NCBI GenBank assembly: GCA_049322255.1
Contig: JBMORE010000149.1
Location: 1-64,000 of the forward strand
Direction: 5' to 3'
DNA from: Myxococcota bacterium
Lineage (GTDB): Bacteria; Myxococcota; Myxococcia; Myxococcales; Myxococcaceae
DNA: 64,000 bases
In this document: piece after piece, positions 46,885 to 61,413 of the stretch
How the letters are laid out: each line of letters opens with the position of its first letter
Numbering within the stretch: the first letter of the stretch is position 1
Position numbers and translations under genes: made by a program
The notes under the pieces: model-generated
Databases searched by the model: none
What the model was told of the DNA's origin: nothing
The model's input: only the letters and a program-made list of their open reading frames with translations

Positions 46885-47360
46885 CGACGGCGGCGAAGCT
46901 GGTGTCACGCGAAGAGCTCGTTGCGCGCGTGACCACGTTACGCGCTCAGGGGCGTACGATTGTCTTGGCCAACGGCGCGTTCGACCTGCTCCACGTGGGG
47001 CACGTTCGCTATCTGGAGGCGGCGAAGGCGATGGGCGACCTGCTGGTGGTGGCGGTGAACTCCGATGAATCGACCCGCGCGGCCAAGGGCGAGGGGCGGC
47101 CGATCGTGCCCCAAAGTGAGCGGGCCGAGCTCGTCGCCGCGCTTGCCTGTTCCGACTTCGTGTCGGTGTTCGACGAACCGGACGTGCGGGCGCTGATTCG
47201 CGTGCTTCGGCCGAACATACACGCCAAGGGCACCGACTATTCGCCGGAGACGATTCCTGAGCGGGAGGAGGTCTTCGCGTACGGAGGGCGTGTCGCGATC
47301 GCCGGCGATCCGAAAGACCACAGCACCACCGCGCTCGCCGCCAAGTTGCGCTCGCGGTGA
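46881..47360 (+). CDS. Heptose 1-phosphate adenylyltransferase (HldC / RfaE domain II)
   Basis: [31 protein letters not shown]. Confidence 0.9.
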   Translation: MTTAAKLVSREELVARVTTLRAQGRTIVLANGAFDLLHVGHVRYLEAAKAMGDLLVVAVNSDESTRAAKGEGRPIVPQSERAELVAALACSDFVSVFDEPDVRALIRVLRPNIHAKGTDYSPETIPEREEVFAYGGRVAIAGDPKDHSTTALAAKLRSR

Positions 47361-47380
47361 ACGAAAAGGAGGAGCGTTCG

Positions 47381-47551
47381 ATGCCGCTCAGTGCCGAGCT
47401 CAAGCAGATTCTGGCCTGCCCCCAGTGCAAGGGTGACCTCGAGTTTCACGAGGAGAAAAACGAGATCCACTGCAAGGTCTGCAAGCTCGTCTACGAAATC
47501 AAAGACGACATTCCCGTGATGCTCGTCGAGGAGGCGCGGCCGCTGCGGTAG
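47381..47551 (+). CDS. Trm112-like protein (YcaR family)
   Basis: [11 protein letters not shown]...[20 protein letters not shown]. Confidence 0.9.
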   Translation: MPLSAELKQILACPQCKGDLEFHEEKNEIHCKVCKLVYEIKDDIPVMLVEEARPLR

Positions 47552-47593
47552 CCGCTCCTTGATTTCGCCAACGAAAGCCCCTAAGCGGCATCG

Positions 47594-48472
47594 ATGCTCA
47601 GGAGCATGACGGGCTTTGGAACGGGGAGCGCGTCGGCTGCGGGCGAGGAGCTCGCCGTCGAGCTCAAGTCGGTCAACCACAAGTTCTGCGAGGTGAAGGC
47701 ACGGCTGCCGCGCGAGCTGGCTGCGCTCGAACCGATGGTGGTCAAGACGGTGAAGGAGCGGCTCACCCGTGGCGCGGTCGAAGTCTTCGTGCGGCGCCAA
47801 ACCACCACCCCCGCTGGAACCGTCCCGGTGGTGGATCTCACTTTGGCGCGCGAGTACCGGCGGGCGTACTCCGAGTTGGCCCAGGCGGTCGGGTTGCCCG
47901 ACGAGGTTTCGGTGCGTGACATCGCTTCGCAGCCGGGGGTGCTCCGGCTCGACGAGCTGACGGTCGACGTGGAGCGCGCAGGCCAGGCGCTGGCCACGGC
48001 TCTCGAGCAGGCCTTGCGTGCGCTCGCCCAAATGCGACAGAAAGAAGGAGAGGCAGTTCGGGTCGATCTGGAGTCACGGTTGGCGCGCGTCGCCTCCGTC
48101 ATGCAGCAAATCAAGACGCTCGCGCCTCGCGTCGTCGAGGAGTACCGCACGCGGCTGGCCGACCGGGCCGCCGAGTTGGCGCGGGGCGTGCCGGTCGACC
48201 CTCAGCGGCTCGCACAGGAGGTCGCTTTCTTCGCCGAGCGCACCGACGTTGCCGAAGAGCTCACCCGCCTGGAGTCCCACCTGGCTCAGTTCCACGGGCT
48301 GATCGCCTCGGGGGAGCCGTCGGGGCGCAAGATGGATTTTCTCGTTCAGGAGATGCACCGCGAAGTGAATACCACCGGCTCCAAGAGCCAGCACCCCGAG
48401 ATCTCCTCGCGGGTGGTGGAGATGAAGGCCGAGCTGGAGCGAATTCGCGAGCAGGTGCAGAACGTCGAATGA
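47594..48472 (+). CDS. yicC: YicC/YloC family endoribonuclease
   Basis: SMTGFG, KSVNHKF, DVAEELTRL, GRKMDFLVQEMHREVNTTGSK, REQVQNVE. Confidence 0.95.
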   Translation: MLRSMTGFGTGSASAAGEELAVELKSVNHKFCEVKARLPRELAALEPMVVKTVKERLTRGAVEVFVRRQTTTPAGTVPVVDLTLAREYRRAYSELAQAVGLPDEVSVRDIASQPGVLRLDELTVDVERAGQALATALEQALRALAQMRQKEGEAVRVDLESRLARVASVMQQIKTLAPRVVEEYRTRLADRAAELARGVPVDPQRLAQEVAFFAERTDVAEELTRLESHLAQFHGLIASGEPSGRKMDFLVQEMHREVNTTGSKSQHPEISSRVVEMKAELERIREQVQNVE

Positions 48473-49089
48473 GCGAGCCCTCGCCCAACCCCGCTCTCTT
48501 GCTCGTCCTGTCTGCTCCCTCGGGGGCGGGCAAAACGACGCTGGCCCACCGGCTTTTACAAGAGATGACCAATGCACATTTTTCAGTGAGCTATACGACC
48601 CGGCAGCCGCGCGGTGCCGAACGCGATGGTGTGGATTATTGCTTCGTCGACACCGCGACCTTTCAGCAGAAGATCGATCGCGGCGAATTCGTCGAATGGG
48701 CGCAAGTGCATGACCATTTTTATGGAAGCCCGCAATCGGTGGTGGACGAGGCGGTGCGCTCTCGTGGCATCGCGGTATTTGACATCGACGTGCAGGGCGG
48801 GAGCGCGATCAAGAAGAAATATCCCGAAACGATCCTGGTGTTCGTTCTTCCGCCATCGATGCAGGAGCTGGAACGGCGTCTGCGTGATCGAAAGACCGAT
48901 TCGGACGAGACGATTCGCCGCCGTCTATTGGTCGCTCGCTCGGAGATGGAGCGAGGGGTTTCCTCGTACGACTACCTGATCATCAATGACGATTTCGAGC
49001 GGGCGTATACCGAGCTCAAATCGGTCGTGATCGCCGAACGATGCCGCCGGGGGAGGGTGGACCTGAGCGCCCTCAAGCTGGGGGGCTGA
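48469..49089 (+). CDS. gmk: Guanylate kinase
   Basis: APSGAGKTT, SYTTRQPR, DGVDY, DIDVQG, YDYLIIND. Confidence 0.96.
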   Translation: MSEPSPNPALLLVLSAPSGAGKTTLAHRLLQEMTNAHFSVSYTTRQPRGAERDGVDYCFVDTATFQQKIDRGEFVEWAQVHDHFYGSPQSVVDEAVRSRGIAVFDIDVQGGSAIKKKYPETILVFVLPPSMQELERRLRDRKTDSDETIRRRLLVARSEMERGVSSYDYLIINDDFERAYTELKSVVIAERCRRGRVDLSALKLGG

Positions 49090-49159
49090 GCGTGAAAACC
49101 GAAATGAAACGCGCCTTTAGAGGGGTTAAAGAGATTGGGCGAAAAGTTCGATCCGCCGC

Positions 49160-49191
49160 TTGACAGGAGGAAGACAGTTCGTCTATATGCT
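49160..49191 (+). promoter_or_regulatory. rrn promoter (sigma70-type) followed by a GC-rich discriminator
   Basis: TTGACA 49160-49165, TATATG near 49184, then CTCCGCCCCCC. Confidence 0.65.
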
Positions 49192-49226
49192 CCGCCCCCC
49201 GCAGCTTGAGAGGGGAAACGCGGTTC

Positions 49227-49238
49227 GCTCTTTGAAAA
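49227..49238 (+). promoter_or_regulatory. rrn leader boxA antitermination element
   Basis: GCTCTTTGAAAA; similar GTTCTTTGA motifs occur in the ITS near 51112 and 51397. Confidence 0.7.
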
Positions 49239-49390
49239 CCAAATAGCAAGCCCAAGAAAGACTGCGGAACCTGCAGTCAATTCTTGAAGCGTTCACGTCG
49301 CGCCTTAAAAAGCGCGATCGAACGTTCGAACACACGCTGTTCGAGCCGCAAGGCTTGAACGGGTGCCAGTTCAAAATCTCTAAAGAATTC

Positions 49391-50945
<1,555 letters not shown>

Positions 50946-51171
50946 CCGGGAGCAGGGCCGATGCCTCGTGCACGGCAGGCTGCTCCAGAACCGAAAGGTT
51001 CTTCAGGTCAACTAGGTCAATGTTTCGTAGCTCGAGTAATGGGTTTGCTGTTTGGCTTTGAGGGAGCGAATCCCGCAAGAGTTTGTTTGTCTCTTGCGGT
51101 TTTTTGTCTCTGTTCTTTGAAAATTGGATCTGAATCGAAGTGATCGAACACTTCAGCGACTTTTGCCTGAC

Positions 51172-51248
51172 GGGCCTATAGCTCAGCTGGCTAGAGCGCG
51201 CGCCTGATAAGCGCGAGGTCGGTGGTTCAAGTCCACCTAGGCCCACCA
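51172..51248 (+). tRNA. tRNA-Ile(GAT)
   Basis: GGGCCTA...CT-GAT-AA...GGTTCAAGTCC...TAGGCCC-A-CCA, 77 nt. Confidence 0.97.
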
Positions 51249-51294
51249 GCATCTTGACTTGGGCCAGCGGGGACGTACCCTGGAAGGCCGTTTT

Positions 51295-51367
51295 GGGGCT
51301 GTAGCTCAGTTGGGAGAGCGCCAGCTTTGCAAGCTGGAAGTCGTCGGTTCGATCCCGATCAGCTCCA
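51295..51367 (+). tRNA. tRNA-Ala(TGC), CCA not encoded
   Basis: GGGGCTG...TT-TGC-AA...GGTTCGATCCC...CAGCTCC-A followed by CAT. Confidence 0.96.
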
Positions 51368-51571
51368 CATGATTCTCGGGTGCTGGTGGCTCGGGCGTTC
51401 TTTGACAAGTGCATACGAAGGGTAGAAATCAATTTCTGCTGAGAAGAGTGCGCGCTTGGGCGATGAGTCTAAAGCGCGAAACGATTCTCTCGGGTCTGCT
51501 GCGAAGAGCAGGGGCCTGGACCTTGATCTCGAGTTCCGACGCACCGCAAGGGGCGTTTTAGAGATTGAGGT

Positions 51572-54545
<2,974 letters not shown>

Positions 54546-54694
54546 ACCTTTTTCTCTGGGATGCCCTGCGGGGCTCTTGGAGCTCGAGGTCAAGGTCGAG
54601 GCCTTGTCGGCGCGCGTTAGGCGCGTGCTGGCCCCGAGTGAATCGTTCTTTCGCAGCGAGATTGATTTCGCCCTTCGTGTGTACGTACCGCTTT

Positions 54695-54811
<117 letters not shown>

Positions 54812-54818
54812 TTTTTTT

Positions 54819-54871
54819 GAAGCCCCCGCTTCGCCTTTCAAGAAGGGCGTACCGGGGGTTTCGCTTTTTTT
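54819..54871 (+). terminator. Intrinsic terminator of the rrn operon
   Basis: GAAGCCCCC...GGGGGTTTC stem with inner CGCCTTT/AAGGGCG stem, followed by a T-tract. Confidence 0.8.
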
Positions 54872-54992
54872 CAGTCTAAGCCTGTGAACGTTTGACGGGC
54901 TGGCAGCGTAAGGACTAAAGTTTATTCCTCGCCTCGCCGGGTTTGTGGCGCGCAAGTGGCTGATTTTATAGCCTCTTTGGGCTCGAGTAGTG

Positions 54993-57479
54993 ATGAAGAG
55001 ACCTTCGGTCTTCGGCAAGTATCTGCTTCTTGAGCGTATCAACGTCGGCGGGATGGCAGAGGTGTTCATTGCCAAAGCGTTCGGGGTGGAGGGGTTCGAG
55101 AGAATTCTCGCGATCAAGAAGATTCTCCCCACGATGGCGGAGGATGAAGAATTCATCACGATGTTCATCGATGAGGCGCGAATCAGCGTTCAGCTGAACC
55201 ACGCGAACATCGTGCACATCCACGAGTTGGGAAAGCACGACGCGACCTACTTCATTGCGATGGAGTACGTCGCCGGGCGAGACTTGCGCACCCTTCTCGA
55301 GCGTTACCGTCGGCGCAAGGAGGTGACGCCCACTGCGCAGGCAGTGTACGTCGCATCGAAGATATGCGAGGGGCTCGACTACGCGCACCGCAAAAAGGAC
55401 GCCCGCGGGCAAGAGCTGAACATCATTCACCGCGACGTCTCGCCGCAGAACATCCTCGTCTCGTACGAGGGCGAGGTGAAAATCATCGACTTCGGCATCG
55501 CCAAAGCGGCGAACCGGTCACAGAAGACGCAGGCGGGAATCCTCAAAGGGAAGTTTGGCTACATGAGCCCCGAACAGGTGCGGGGGCTACCCATCGATCG
55601 TCGCAGCGACGTATTCGCGGTGGGGGTCATTCTCTACGAGATGCTCACAGGCGAGAAGCTGTTCGTGGGCGAGTCGGACTTCTCGACCCTGGAAAAGGTG
55701 CGCAACGCCGAGGTGCCGCAGATGCGCCAGTTCAACCCCGGTATTCCGCCGGAGTTGGAGAAGGTGGTGCTGAAGGCCCTGGCGCGTGAGCAGGAGGATC
55801 GCTACCAGTGGGCAAGTGACCTGCAAGAAGACTTGATGCGCTTCCTATTGGCAGGAGATGCCATCTATTCCGCCAAGCAACTCGCTTCCTTCATGAGGGA
55901 GGCGTTCGCCGAAGATTTGCTCCGCGAAGCGGAGAAGATGGAGCGCTTCGCCTCGATCGAACGGCCCGATCAAATCGAGCCCACCGGAGTGACGGCGGCA
56001 GTCGATCGAAGCAAGCCTCGCTCACCACCATCCGTAGGGCCGCCGTCTCGCCCCAGTGGCCGGGCTTCGCTGTCAGCGCCGCAGACGGGGTATGCCGAGG
56101 CCGGGGTGGCCACCGGGAGCGAAGCGGGGGCGTTGGACGGCACCGTGGTCGGCGAGCGCACGCAAATCGTCGACCCGTCGACAGTCGGCAACGTCCCCTC
56201 GAACGAAGTGGCCTCCAACGGGGGGAGCGGCAACGGAGCGGTGAAGAACGACACGGGCGGGTCGATGAACCCACTCGACGATACGCTCCCTCCGCAAAGC
56301 GGGCGACGCGGCGGCAACAAACCTCAGGTCGTCATCGGCGATGCCAAGGGGTACACCGGGGCAACAGTGATCGGCCCGCTTCCCGAACCCGTCTCCAAGG
56401 ACGAAGTAGACGCTAGCCAACCTGGTCAGTCGACGTTGCTCTTCCCGAAGCGGACGAATGAGGAGGACGCTCACGAAGACGACGTTGGCGAAGCAACCGA
56501 CGTCAGCCGCCGCGCGCTTTCGGAGGAAGCCGACGGCGGCGAGGGGCAGGACCTCGAGCCGAGCCAGTCGGTCAGCGTGACCTCTCTGACCGGGCCGAGA
56601 AAGTTTTGGGTGCCGCTGTTCGATTCGTGGAGGACCAAGAAGTGGTTGCTCGCTGCGATGGGGGGCGTGGCCCTCGTCGCCGTCGCGGGCTTCGTGGCGC
56701 TCTTCAGTGGTGGCAGGACAGGCGGTGTGGCGGTGTCGGTGAGCCCGGAGACGGCACGTATCACCATCGGTGGCCAACAGGTTCGCAACAACTTCGAGGC
56801 CCAGCTCGCCGAGGGCGAATATGACGTCTTGGCGGTGGCGATGGGCTACAAGCCTTCTCGGAAGAAAATCACCGTAGTGCGTGGCAAGAAGACGGCGCTG
56901 GTGATGGAGCTTACGCCCGACGCACCGCTGCCACCGCCGCCGGAGGTTGATCTCTCCCCGGAGGAGAGCGGTGCAGAGGTCGAGAAAATCGAACCCCCGC
57001 GCGTTTTCACCGCGAAGTTCGTCACCGACGTCGCAGGAGTCGAGGTGCTGGTCGACGGAAAGTCCGTGGGTAAAACCCCCCACGCGAAGCTGGGAGACCT
57101 TCCATTGGGGAGGGTGTTCCAGGTGGTGGGAAAAAAGCCGGGGTTCCAGGCGTTCGAAGGGGAGTTCTCCGGCGACCGTGGCGGGGAGATCGAGGTTCCG
57201 CTGGCGATGGTGCGAGCTCCTCCCAGGGACCCGCCGCCCAAGGCCCCGAGCAAGACCAAGGGCAATCTGGTGTGCGGCACCAGACCGGCGGGTGCCGAAG
57301 TATGGGTGGATGGAAAAAACACCGGGCGCCAGACGCCCATCCCCGTCTCCAACCCACTGGTGCTGCCGGTGGGGAAGCGCAAAGTCGTGTTCAAGCTCGA
57401 CGGGAAGCAGAGCGGCCCGCACGAGGTCGACATCAAGGAAGATGAACCCACCAAGCTCCTGGGCATCGCCATCGAATAG
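54993..57479 (+). CDS. Hanks-type Ser/Thr protein kinase with TM and PEGA domains
   Basis: GGMAEV, AIKK, HRDVSPQN, DFGIAK, YMSPEQ; TM; C-terminal PEGA-like repeats (GAEVWVDGK..G.TP). Confidence 0.95.
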   Translation: MKRPSVFGKYLLLERINVGGMAEVFIAKAFGVEGFERILAIKKILPTMAEDEEFITMFIDEARISVQLNHANIVHIHELGKHDATYFIAMEYVAGRDLRTLLERYRRRKEVTPTAQAVYVASKICEGLDYAHRKKDARGQELNIIHRDVSPQNILVSYEGEVKIIDFGIAKAANRSQKTQAGILKGKFGYMSPEQVRGLPIDRRSDVFAVGVILYEMLTGEKLFVGESDFSTLEKVRNAEVPQMRQFNPGIPPELEKVVLKALAREQEDRYQWASDLQEDLMRFLLAGDAIYSAKQLASFMREAFAEDLLREAEKMERFASIERPDQIEPTGVTAAVDRSKPRSPPSVGPPSRPSGRASLSAPQTGYAEAGVATGSEAGALDGTVVGERTQIVDPSTVGNVPSNEVASNGGSGNGAVKNDTGGSMNPLDDTLPPQSGRRGGNKPQVVIGDAKGYTGATVIGPLPEPVSKDEVDASQPGQSTLLFPKRTNEEDAHEDDVGEATDVSRRALSEEADGGEGQDLEPSQSVSVTSLTGPRKFWVPLFDSWRTKKWLLAAMGGVALVAVAGFVALFSGGRTGGVAVSVSPETARITIGGQQVRNNFEAQLAEGEYDVLAVAMGYKPSRKKITVVRGKKTALVMELTPDAPLPPPPEVDLSPEESGAEVEKIEPPRVFTAKFVTDVAGVEVLVDGKSVGKTPHAKLGDLPLGRVFQVVGKKPGFQAFEGEFSGDRGGEIEVPLAMVRAPPRDPPPKAPSKTKGNLVCGTRPAGAEVWVDGKNTGRQTPIPVSNPLVLPVGKRKVVFKLDGKQSGPHEVDIKEDEPTKLLGIAIE

Positions 57480-57500
57480 GGCTTAGGGCATTCTTTCGCC

Positions 57501-58835
57501 ATGGCTCACGTCGAACAACCTTTCCACTACCCGGTCTTACGGCCCTTCGAGGAGCCCGACTGGACCCGGCTCCCCGGCTACAGCGGTGTCTCGAGGGAAG
57601 ACTGGGAAAGCGCGCTGTGGCAGCGGCGGCACACGGTGAAGAGTCTCAAGGAGCTCAAGGAGGCGCTGGGCGGACTCCTGCCTGATGCGCTGGCCGCGTC
57701 GATCGAGCGGGACCAGAAGGAGCGGGCGACGATGTCGCTGCTCATCACCCCGCACATGCTCAACACGATGGACGAGGGAGACCTGTGGAGCGACCCCTTG
57801 CGGCGCTACATGCTGCCGGCGTTCGAGGATCGGCGAAGTGACTGGCCCAGCCATCCCAAGGCCTCACGAGACAGTCTGCACGAGGCGGACATGTGGAAGG
57901 TGGAGGGTCTCACCCACCGATACCCGACGAAAGTATTGGCGGAGCTCCTCTCGACCTGCCCGCAGTACTGCGGCCACTGCACCCGCATGGACCTGGTGGG
58001 CAACGACGTGCCGCAGGTGGAGAAGCATCGCTTTCAGGTGCCGCAGAAGGACCGCCACCAGCAGATCATCGACTACCTCAAGGCGACACCTTCGGTGCGA
58101 GACGTGGTGGTCTCGGGGGGCGACATCGCCAACGTGCCGATTCAGCAGCTCGAGGCGTTCGTGAGCCAGCTGATCGAGATTCCGAACATTCGCGACATCC
58201 GCCTGGCGAGCAAAGGGCTGATGGGAATACCCCAGCACTTCCTCCAGGACGCGGTGTTGCAGGCGATGGAGCGGCTGGCGAAGAAGGCATTTGCCCACAA
58301 TGTGGACTTGGCGCTGCACACCCACGTGAATCACGCCAACCAGGTGACACCGCTTTTGGGTAAGGCGGCAAAGAAGCTGCTCGAGGTGGGGTTGCGTGAC
58401 GTGCGCAACCAGGGGGTGCTCCTGCGCGGGGTGAACGGCACGCCACGCGCGCTGCTCGAGCTGTCCTTCCGGCTGCTCGATGACGCGAAGATCCTCCCCT
58501 ACTACTTCTACATGTGCGACATGATTCCCCACGCGGAGCACTGGCGGCTCTCGGTGGCTGAGGCGCAGCAGCTCCAGCACGACGTCATGGGGTACTTGCC
58601 GGGGTTCGCCACCCCGCGGATGGTGTGCGACGTGCCCTTCGTGGGCAAACGCTGGGTGCACCAGGTGGCGGACTACGATCGAGAGAAGGGCATCACCTAC
58701 TGGACGAAGAACTATCGCACCGGCATCGAGGCCGACGACGCGGATGCGCTCAGCCGTCGGTACGAATACTACGACCCCATCTACACGTTGCCGGAGTCGG
58801 GGCAGCGGTGGTGGCGAGAGCGCGCTGCGGCCTGA
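57501..58835 (+). CDS. KamA-family radical SAM amino acid 2,3-aminomutase, divergent type
   Basis: LTHRYPTK, CPQYCGHCTR, SGGD, HVNH, NQGVLLRGVN, PYY, DVPFVGK. Confidence 0.88.
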   Translation: MAHVEQPFHYPVLRPFEEPDWTRLPGYSGVSREDWESALWQRRHTVKSLKELKEALGGLLPDALAASIERDQKERATMSLLITPHMLNTMDEGDLWSDPLRRYMLPAFEDRRSDWPSHPKASRDSLHEADMWKVEGLTHRYPTKVLAELLSTCPQYCGHCTRMDLVGNDVPQVEKHRFQVPQKDRHQQIIDYLKATPSVRDVVVSGGDIANVPIQQLEAFVSQLIEIPNIRDIRLASKGLMGIPQHFLQDAVLQAMERLAKKAFAHNVDLALHTHVNHANQVTPLLGKAAKKLLEVGLRDVRNQGVLLRGVNGTPRALLELSFRLLDDAKILPYYFYMCDMIPHAEHWRLSVAEAQQLQHDVMGYLPGFATPRMVCDVPFVGKRWVHQVADYDREKGITYWTKNYRTGIEADDADALSRRYEYYDPIYTLPESGQRWWRERAAA

Positions 58836-58857
58836 GCCGACCGGCCGCGAGGGTACA

Positions 58858-58947
58858 TCGACCCAGGGTCGAATTTTTCGCCGACGCCGGGCATCGCCGC
58901 CCCGAGGAGCGGTCAGGTGCTGGCGATGCCACGCCGCGATGTCGGCG
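58858..58947. terminator. Hairpins between convergent genes
   Basis: TCGACCC-A-GGGTCGA-ATTTTT; nested CGCCGAC/GTCGGCG and GGCATCGCC/GGCGATGCC stems. Confidence 0.5.
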
Positions 58948-58950
58948 CAC

Positions 58951-59620
58951 CTAAAAACGGAACCCCGACGCGGCGAGCGCGTTGCGGCGCTGCACCGCCG
59001 GGACGTCGATCGTCAGGGCCACGATGCGGGAGACGAGCAGGTATTCGGCTCCGATCATCCGGTAGGAGCCGGTCCCCTCGTCCTGGTCTGCCGTGAGCAG
59101 GAAGTAGGTGGCCAGGGCATCGAGTGCAATGAACGGCGACGCCCGGAGCCAGGGAGTGGGCGGACGGATCGGACCAGGGATTGCCGAGATCTCCGTAGAG
59201 CGTTCCCGCCCAGGGGGCGACCACATCGAGCGCCACGACGGCGGGCAGCCAGCGGGAACGGACCAGCTCTCCGCTCGCGCTGGACGGTTCGAGTATCTGT
59301 TCGGTCGCGCGGCCGAGCACACTCGCCGTCGGCGCCAGCCACTCGGAGTCCGCGTCGCCGCGGATGGCGGCGCTGATGTACAGGCGTTCGGGCTCGGCGG
59401 TGACGGTCAACTCGTCTTCGGCCAAATTCAGTGGAGCGTCGGTGAGCCGCAACGCCCCGTTGGCTCGCTCGGCGTTCATGCCCAGGCGCCGGCCGGCTCG
59501 TTCGGCCGCGTCCAGGACTCGTTCGGGCTCGACGGAATACGTCGGACTCTCGACGGCGGCCCGGGTGATGGTGGTGCAGCCTGTGCAGACGACAAGCCAG
59601 GCGATGATTGCCGCCCTCAT
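58951..59620 (-). pseudogene. Frameshifted membrane lipoprotein-like gene
   Basis: Lipobox-like start MRAAIIAWLVVCTGC with GAGGAGG RBS; protein-like sequence switches frame near 59150-59180 and continues PTPWLRASPFIALDALATYFLL...GFRF* to 58951. Confidence 0.6.
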
Positions 59621-59722
59621 GGTTGAACCCTCCTCGGCCGGGCTCCCCAACGCAGCTTTCGGCGACGTATTCATTCGCGCCCCATTGTGGGCGCAGCGTC
59701 AGGTGGGGTACGGACACGGCCG

Positions 59723-60901
59723 ATGAGACACGAGGCACGACAGCTTGCTGGAACGGAAGCATTTTTGTTCCCCGACGCCACACCGGAGAACTGGGGCGAC
59801 TGGCGCTGGCAGATGCGTCATGCGGTGCGCTCTTTGGAAGTGCTCGAACGGCACGTACGGTTGACCGACGACGAGCGCGAGGGCTGCCGGAAGACGGCCT
59901 CGCTCTTCCGGTTGGGCATCTCTCCCTACTACTTGTCGCTCATTGATCCCGAGCACCCTTTCTGTCCCGTACGAATGCAGGCGATTCCGACCCGGGCGGA
60001 GGCGCGGGTGCGGCCGGGCGAGCTTCTCGACCCCTTGGGCGAGGACAAGACGCGGCCCGTCTCCGCCATCGTGCACCGTTACCCCGACCGAGTGCTCTTC
60101 ATGGCGCTGGACAGCTGCTCGGTCTACTGCCGGCACTGCACGCGGCGGCGCATCACCAAAGGAGGGGAGGCGGAGCTGGACCGCTCCCAACTTCAAAAGG
60201 GCATCGACTACGTGCGCGCCCACCCGCAGGTTCGTGACGTGCTGCTCTCCGGCGGCGACCCCTTGCTCCTCTCCGACGCGCGGCTGGAGGAGCTGCTTGG
60301 CGCGCTGCGCTCCATTCCCCACGTGGAAATCATCCGCATCGGCACTCGCCTTCCGGTGTGCCTGCCGATGCGGGTGACCGAGGCGCTCGCGAAGCTCTTG
60401 CGTCGCTATGCGCCACTGTACGTGGTGACGCACTTCAACCACCCCAAGGAGGTCACCCCCGAGGCGCGCGCGGCCTGCGAGCTCTTCGTCGATCACGGGG
60501 TGCCGGTGGAAAACCAGGCGGTGCTCATGCGCCGGGTGAACTCCTCGGCGCGCATCATCCAGGAGCTCTCGCACGCCTGCCTCGCGATGCGGGTGCGCCC
60601 CTATTACCTGCATCAGATGGACGTGGCCCAGGGCCTCGAGCACCTGCGCACGCCGCTTTCCAAGGGGCTGGAGATCATCGACTCCTTACGCGGGCATACC
60701 TCGGGGTTGGCGGTGCCCCACTTTGCGGTCGACCTACCCGGAGGCGGGGGGAAGGTCACCTTGCAGCCCCAGTACGTACTCGAGCGCGGCGCCCACCAGA
60801 CGGTCTTCCGAAACTACAAGAACGAGCGCTACGTGTACCCCGAGCCGGAGGAGACGGACTGCAGCTGCCCCTACGACGAGGTCTGGCTGGCGCGGCGGTG
60901 A
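59723..60901 (+). CDS. kamA: KamA-family radical SAM lysine 2,3-aminomutase-like enzyme, canonical type
   Basis: WGDWRWQ, DPLGED, HRYPDRV, CSVYCRHCTR, SGGDP, RIGTR, HFNHP, PGGGGK (PLP Lys), C-terminal CSC. Confidence 0.88.
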   Translation: MRHEARQLAGTEAFLFPDATPENWGDWRWQMRHAVRSLEVLERHVRLTDDEREGCRKTASLFRLGISPYYLSLIDPEHPFCPVRMQAIPTRAEARVRPGELLDPLGEDKTRPVSAIVHRYPDRVLFMALDSCSVYCRHCTRRRITKGGEAELDRSQLQKGIDYVRAHPQVRDVLLSGGDPLLLSDARLEELLGALRSIPHVEIIRIGTRLPVCLPMRVTEALAKLLRRYAPLYVVTHFNHPKEVTPEARAACELFVDHGVPVENQAVLMRRVNSSARIIQELSHACLAMRVRPYYLHQMDVAQGLEHLRTPLSKGLEIIDSLRGHTSGLAVPHFAVDLPGGGGKVTLQPQYVLERGAHQTVFRNYKNERYVYPEPEETDCSCPYDEVWLARR

Positions 60902-61369
60902 CTACTCCGCGGGAATGCCGTGCTCGACCACCGGAGGAGCGCCTTCGGCGGCCTCGAGCTCGACGGGTTGCTCATCGGAGAACCCGCGTTGGATTTTGAT
61001 CTCCTCGGGGCCTTTCTTCGCGGCCTTCTTCGCCTCCGCCTTCTTCTCCAGGTCCTTCTCGGCGCTCTCGGCGGCGGCTTGCTCCTTTCGGGACATGCGG
61101 GCCGTGTAGCGGCTGAACTCCTTCTCGTCGACCTGATGTTTTTCGAGAACCTCTGACCGCGCCTTTTCCTGTTCGAGGGCGCGTTCGCGCGCCTCTTTCT
61201 TGGAGAGCTCGGAGGGTTTCTTGTCGCCGTACTTTTTGTCGATTTCCTTGAGCGCGGCTTTCTGGTCGGCGCGAATCTCAGCGACTTTTTGAGGATCGAG
61301 GTCGGCGGCGGCCGGGGCGGCCAAAGCGAGGTGAACGAGGGTCGCGGTGAGCAAGAGGCGGGCGGTCAC
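60902..61369 (-). CDS. Hypothetical secreted Lys/Glu-rich protein
   Basis: GTG start after GGAGG, signal peptide, charged helical body. Confidence 0.7.
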   Translation of the reverse strand: MTARLLLTATLVHLALAAPAAADLDPQKVAEIRADQKAALKEIDKKYGDKKPSELSKKEARERALEQEKARSEVLEKHQVDEKEFSRYTARMSRKEQAAAESAEKDLEKKAEAKKAAKKGPEEIKIQRGFSDEQPVELEAAEGAPPVVEHGIPAE

Positions 61370-61413
61370 GGGGCACCTCCAAAGTGGGAAGAATGCTAGC
61401 GCAAACGGGTGAG

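Noticed and set aside
48469..49089. Slightly AT-richer codons in gmk suggesting horizontal transfer
   Set aside because: The gene sits in the usual yicC-gmk arrangement with an overlapping start, and the impression was not quantified.
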